A DNA stretch of 62,944 nt, the filler included, from Octopus bimaculoides (lineage: Eukaryota): assembly GCF_001194135.2 (NCBI RefSeq). It is 5 parts of 5 records of this genome, joined end to end, with 100 filler letters (N's around TTAATTAATTAA, not from the genome) between each part and the next. Parts side by side here need not be neighbours in the genome. Positions count along the whole stretch, not along the records: positions 55,392 to 61,559 come from NC_068995.1; positions 61,660 to 62,944 come from NW_026393072.1; 3 more parts are not named here. One strand, given 5' to 3'. The notes beneath the pieces are model-generated. The model was not told the origin of the DNA. It saw only the letters and a program-made list of their open reading frames with translations, and made no database searches. Numbering within the stretch: the stretch's first letter is position 1; each line of letters opens with the position of its first letter. Positions 58,162 through 62,944 of the stretch are shown in pieces. The position numbers were made by a program, and so were the translations under genes.

Positions 58162-59301
58162 TATTGGTTTGTCAGATAAATTCTTTCCTTTTTTACCATT
58201 TATATTAGTCTTTAATTTTTAGCCATAATTTTTTATAGATCACTCAATAATGCATTCTCCCTCATTATTCACGACTTCGCGCTTTCGTTTCGCTAGCTTT
58301 ATCAATGTCTTGATAGCAGAAATCAGCTGGCCTTGATTCAATGAATTTATCCAAACGCGATTTCAGATCCACATTGTTTTTGAATGAAACTCCTCGTTGC
58401 CTTTTGGAGAATAATCGCAAATGACACCAATCTCAAATTGCACTTTCTATAGAATACGGTGAATGCGACAGAAATTTTTTTTTTTCAAACGATTTCTTGG
58501 AAAGCATTTTCGAATTGCAGATGAGCGTTGCGTTCAAGGAGCATATTGTGTTGAGCCGGAGCATTTTATAAACGCAAACCTTTTCGTTGTATGCTTGCAG
58601 TTGATCAAACCTTCCCAATCCCACAAAAACGCAGATCATTGTCTTCAGTTGAGGCAGCTCTAATTTGACTTGAGATGTCGCCTGCTTATCAAGACTCAGC
58701 CATTTTTTTCAGCTTAATATTGACATAAAAACAACATTTTTCATCGCCTTTGACTATACGGTAAAGATATCACTGCTTGTTTTCATTTGCAGCTTGGTGT
58801 CAAGGGAAGAAACTGGTGAAATAAAAGAGCGATCGACTTCGTCGGTTTCGTTCAGAGCAAGTGGCCCCCATGATCCGAGTTTTTAGACCTTACTCATTGA
58901 GTGAAAGTGACGGTGTGTGGTGCCATGAGAACATCCCAACGAGTGGTTCAATACCCTTAGTGGACTGGTCCATATCCTTGTAAAGGAAACTATTCAATCT
59001 ATCCATATAGAACTGAACAGATCAACCGGAACTCTGAGAGTGTGAAGGCGAAGTTTCCCTCCGCGAATAGCAGAGCGAAACCTTTTTTATTTTCTGTACA
59101 GTAATAGCGCTTTCACCGTACGCAATATAACATTCCTGGTGGCTTTGGCAGTTTTGGAATTTAGATTATAAGTGGAAGCATGCAAATGTTTGAAAATGCT
59201 CATTGTTTCTACTTGGCACTGCTAAAGAATACATGTAGAGAAAGAACACCGCTTCAATTAACATAGGAAAGAACCGAAAAAATTTATCTGATAACTCAAT
59301 A
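58162..59301 (-). mobile_element. Decayed mariner (Tc1/mariner) transposon with TIRs
   Basis: TIRs tattggtttgtcagataaatt (58162) and aatttatctgataactcaata (to 59301), with TA on the left flank. Transposase remnants VKGDEKCCFYVN, SHSPYS..CHLRLF, DLKSRLDKFIESRPADF. Confidence 0.8.
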
Positions 59302-61127
59302 TCAGTTAGTTTTTTTTTTTTTTTCTTTTTAATATTCCATTCCGATCAACACTACTTTATACGAATATTGAATAGACTCCGTTAGTTCTCTCATTCTTTA
59401 TTGACGCTAAGATTTGAACAATAACTATCGAAGGATGTTACTAATTAAACCAATCATATTAGCGAGTAGCAGAGTATTCTGTTAAATTCTCCCTTCTGTT
59501 AAATTCTCCCTTTCGAACAAGTTCGAAATAAATTTATGTCAATGTTATATTGCTGTTCATATTACTTATATTACCATGTAACACAAAAATATTTTTGATA
59601 CTGCATTACAGACACACACGCTAATTTCAAAATAGGAAAGTGAATAGAAAATACCCCTTTTTTCTGTTTTAACAAACTTTAAATCATAATTAAATAATTC
59701 TACAGAAAATAAAGGAAATATTTTAAAGAAAATCTCATAGTTAAATAAGGTTTAATCACATGTGTTAGTCTAACTTTGAAATACATAGTATTGTTATTTA
59801 TTTGGACTTGTTAACTTAGATGTCCAGAGCTAATGACATAATTAGATGTATAAAATGACTGGAAAAAAAGCGTTTCTATTGCGAATGAATGGAATATTGT
59901 GTTACTCATTAGTTACAACCCCTAGTATCATTGTCACAAAAAGTTAGCGAACCTGGTTTAGAAAATGCGTGATGTTTCTTATTATTTTACATACAAATAG
60001 CAACGTTCTACATCTGACATTTACTCAGGAATTCTAACGAAAAGTTAGATGATTTTTTTTGGAATTGTCAAACGTAATGTTTCTCCAACTGAGATGCTAG
60101 CAGGGATACAGTGCGATAAATTTCATTTTAGATGTCTTTAGAATTCAAATTAAACTTCCCTTGACTTTGAATACCAATTCAAGAAATTAAGGAGCTCTGG
60201 TGGCTTTCAGTTGATGCCAATGATATATTTTACTAACAAAAGTATTTTCTACATATAGAAGTTACTAAGAACGGATAGCATAGTGTTTTTATTGCTCAAT
60301 ATATTATATATTTTTCACAGGGCGATACCAATATAAATGCAAATTATAGACTAGCGGTATTTCAGGAAACTCAAAACAGACAAAAGGAATTCTTATAATG
60401 CTAGTACTTGATAGAGAGGACAGAATATCTCCTACAAAATACATAGCTACTTGAATTTAAAGAATCTAAACAAAATTATGAAGAGAGGAAATATATATTT
60501 AATAATAATTAGTTCTTACAAGACACATTCTGTTTTGTTACGAAACAAGTTTATAATGATGAGAGTGGAGCCATGATTGACAGTATCCTACCAATGAAGT
60601 AGATTGTATATTGCTAAGTGTTAATAAGTATAGGAAACTTGTTCTTCATTTTAATACTTGAATATATAGATTATTACTGTAATATAGAGATCAGTGCACT
60701 AATATGGTATATATTTGAGAGTAAAGATGATTTCATATAATGTAGCGCAGCATACAAAAAAAAAATACATAACACATGATGAAAAAGGAGCTTGTATAAT
60801 CATTTAGATACGAGTAGTGTAGTATTAGACTCACAGTGCGAGGGAACAGAATGCAACTCGCTTCTCTTCAGAAGAGTGCAAATATACACAGGCTGGAACC
60901 TAATGTTTTCTCTACATTTATAGTGCAAATATATATATAAGATTTTGAAGCATAATTATCGTCAGCGTGTTTCTTCCTATCTCTATACACATCCTCTTAA
61001 CATGTTCTCTGCTTTAGTATATTTTTTAGGGATAATATTTCAAAATATAGGTTTTTGGTGAAATTTCACCTCGACTAATCAAAATCTGTTACATCCTAAT
61101 TAAATTTAGCAAGAATGTTATTTTCAG

Positions 61128-61196
61128 GTTTGATGAGAAAAGAAATCACAAGTCTCCCTCCTAGGATTCTTGCACAATGGAGTATGACACTTTTCT
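61128..61196 (+). CDS. Possible divergent or decayed LRR exon (x)LMRKEITSLPPRILAQWSMTLF
   Basis: ttttcag|GT ... CT|gtacgt; 69 nt, only open in phase 1/1; ITSLP resembles an LRR but the conserved Asn is absent. Confidence 0.35.
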
Positions 61197-61419
61197 GTAC
61201 GTCGACAATGCCTATCTCAACTCCAATATATTTCAGTATTGTGTTAGTTGCATGTTGTCACAGGAACAATTTTCACACTTGTGTTCCACAAACTCTTCAA
61301 ATCTCTAACTAGAAACTCAGTTTTCTGACGTCTCAGTTTAGTTGACATGCATGTATAATCATATACTATTACAAAGCGCATAGTCTTGCATTCTTCTTCG
61401 TCTTCTTCTTCTTCTTCTT

Positions 61420-61507
<88 letters not shown>

Positions 61508-61659
61508 TCTTTCTTCTTCTTCTTCTTCTTCTTTTTCTTCTTCTTCTTCTTCTTCTTCTNNNNNNNNNNNNNNNNNNNNNNNNNNNNNNNNNNNNNNNNN
61601 NNNTTAATTAATTAANNNNNNNNNNNNNNNNNNNNNNNNNNNNNNNNNNNNNNNNNNNN

Positions 61660-61743
61660 GTGTGTGTGTGTGTATGTGTGTGTGTGTGTATGTGTGTGTG
61701 TGTGAGAGATAGATAGATAGATAGATAGATAGAGAGAGAGAAA

Positions 61744-61795
<52 letters not shown>

Positions 61796-61931
61796 CACAC
61801 ACACACACACATACACATAGTGTGTGTGAGAGACTGTGAGAGTGAGTGAGGGAGATGAAGAAATTGGATGTGAGACAGAATGCAGGAGTGAGACAGAATG
61901 CAGGAGAGAGAGAGAAAGGGAGAGTGTTGTG

Positions 61932-61987
<56 letters not shown>

Positions 61988-62175
61988 TACATATATATAC
62001 ACATATATATAAACATACATATATACATATATATACACATATATATAAACATACATATATACATGTATATATACATACATATATACAGACATATGTACAT
62101 ATATACATACATATGTGTGTGTGTGTGTGTGTGCATGTATATATGTATGTATGTATGCACGCAAGTACGTATGTA
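61660..62175 (+). repeat. Compound (TG)n/(GATA)n/(GA)n/(AT)n/(CA)n microsatellite block
   Basis: Direct reading; many shorter (AT)n, (TG)n and (AAT)n tracts occur throughout the window. Confidence 0.95.
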
Positions 62176-62944
62176 AGATTATGAGATTTTATTTTAATTG
62201 TTTAGAATTTCAGTAGCACTTCCATATTTTAGCATGCTAAGTGATTTCCAAATTGTCTTGTATGTATCACTGTCCCTTCTTGTAAAGATTCATAGAACAA
62301 ATGACATGAGTAGTCCTCAGTCCTTAAAAGGTTTCTATTGGGTTATTAGTGAGTGAGACAAGAACAGAACAAAATGGCAAAATATTAAATTAACTATTTG
62401 CCGGTATAATTTGAAATTTATACAATATGTAAGAATTTGGAAATAATTGGAAAAATTAGAATGAAGCTTCCATATTATACTATAGTTAATGAGCATCCAA
62501 TATCAAATTACTTTAAAGAATTAATGACAAAGTATTCTATTATTTCAGCTGCTGCCATTATCTTGTGCAGTACATAATCTTCTAAATCCATAAGAAATTG
62601 AATAAACTGGAGGAACGTTCCATGTTTTGATGGTAATTTAAACAACAACAAATATACAGCCATTTTTCATTTAGTACACGTACATATTTCGACATACATT
62701 GCAAAGATAGTGTTAATCTTTATGAAAAAATGGAACTAGTGCTCAGCTAGCACTATGTGTGAAAATAACTTGGATGTGTGGTAAGAAGCTTGCTTCCCAA
62801 CCACATGATTCTGGGTTCAGTTCGAGTGTGTGAAACCTAGAGCAAATGTCTTCTACTACAACCTAGAGCAGACTAAATGCTTGTGAATGGATTAGGTAGA
62901 GAGAAACTGAAAGAAGCCCATTGTATATATATATATATATATAT

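Noticed and set aside
60029-60073. 45-nt phase 2/2 micro-exon NSNEKLDDFFWNCQ on the plus strand
   Set aside because: Plausible splice sites but no recognisable homology; such matches are expected by chance.

Overview
Repeat-rich, gappy eukaryotic scaffold. The SINE families and microsatellite load suggest an octopus; this is inferred, not database-checked. Main genes: (1) SDHA (succinate dehydrogenase flavoprotein) on the minus strand, 13 coding exons from 29122 down to the stop at 9019 (613 aa), with its N-terminal transit-peptide exon(s) not found; (2) the first coding exon and promoter of a TDP-43 (TARDBP) orthologue on the minus strand (50683-50920), with no RRM exons visible in the sequenced part; (3) two or three isolated leucine-rich-repeat exons on the plus strand (39933, 44229, possibly 61128). 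The rest is transposon debris (Penelope-like, RTE, R4/Dong-like and Tx1-like LINEs, mariner, a Helitron fragment, MITEs, about five SINE families), microsatellites and 14 N-gaps. Four gaps carry an artificial TTAATTAATTAA spacer, so gene order across them is unproven. Best leads: a degenerate hammerhead ribozyme motif (1620-1667, minus), the orphan TDP-43 exon and interleaved gene layout, near-identical inverted SINEs flanking SDHA exons (circRNA or editing candidates), a 100-nt pseudoknot-like element in the TDP-43 intron, tandem LRR exon duplication, a GC-AG intron and two shifted intron positions in SDHA. No clearly new biological system can be claimed from sequence alone.
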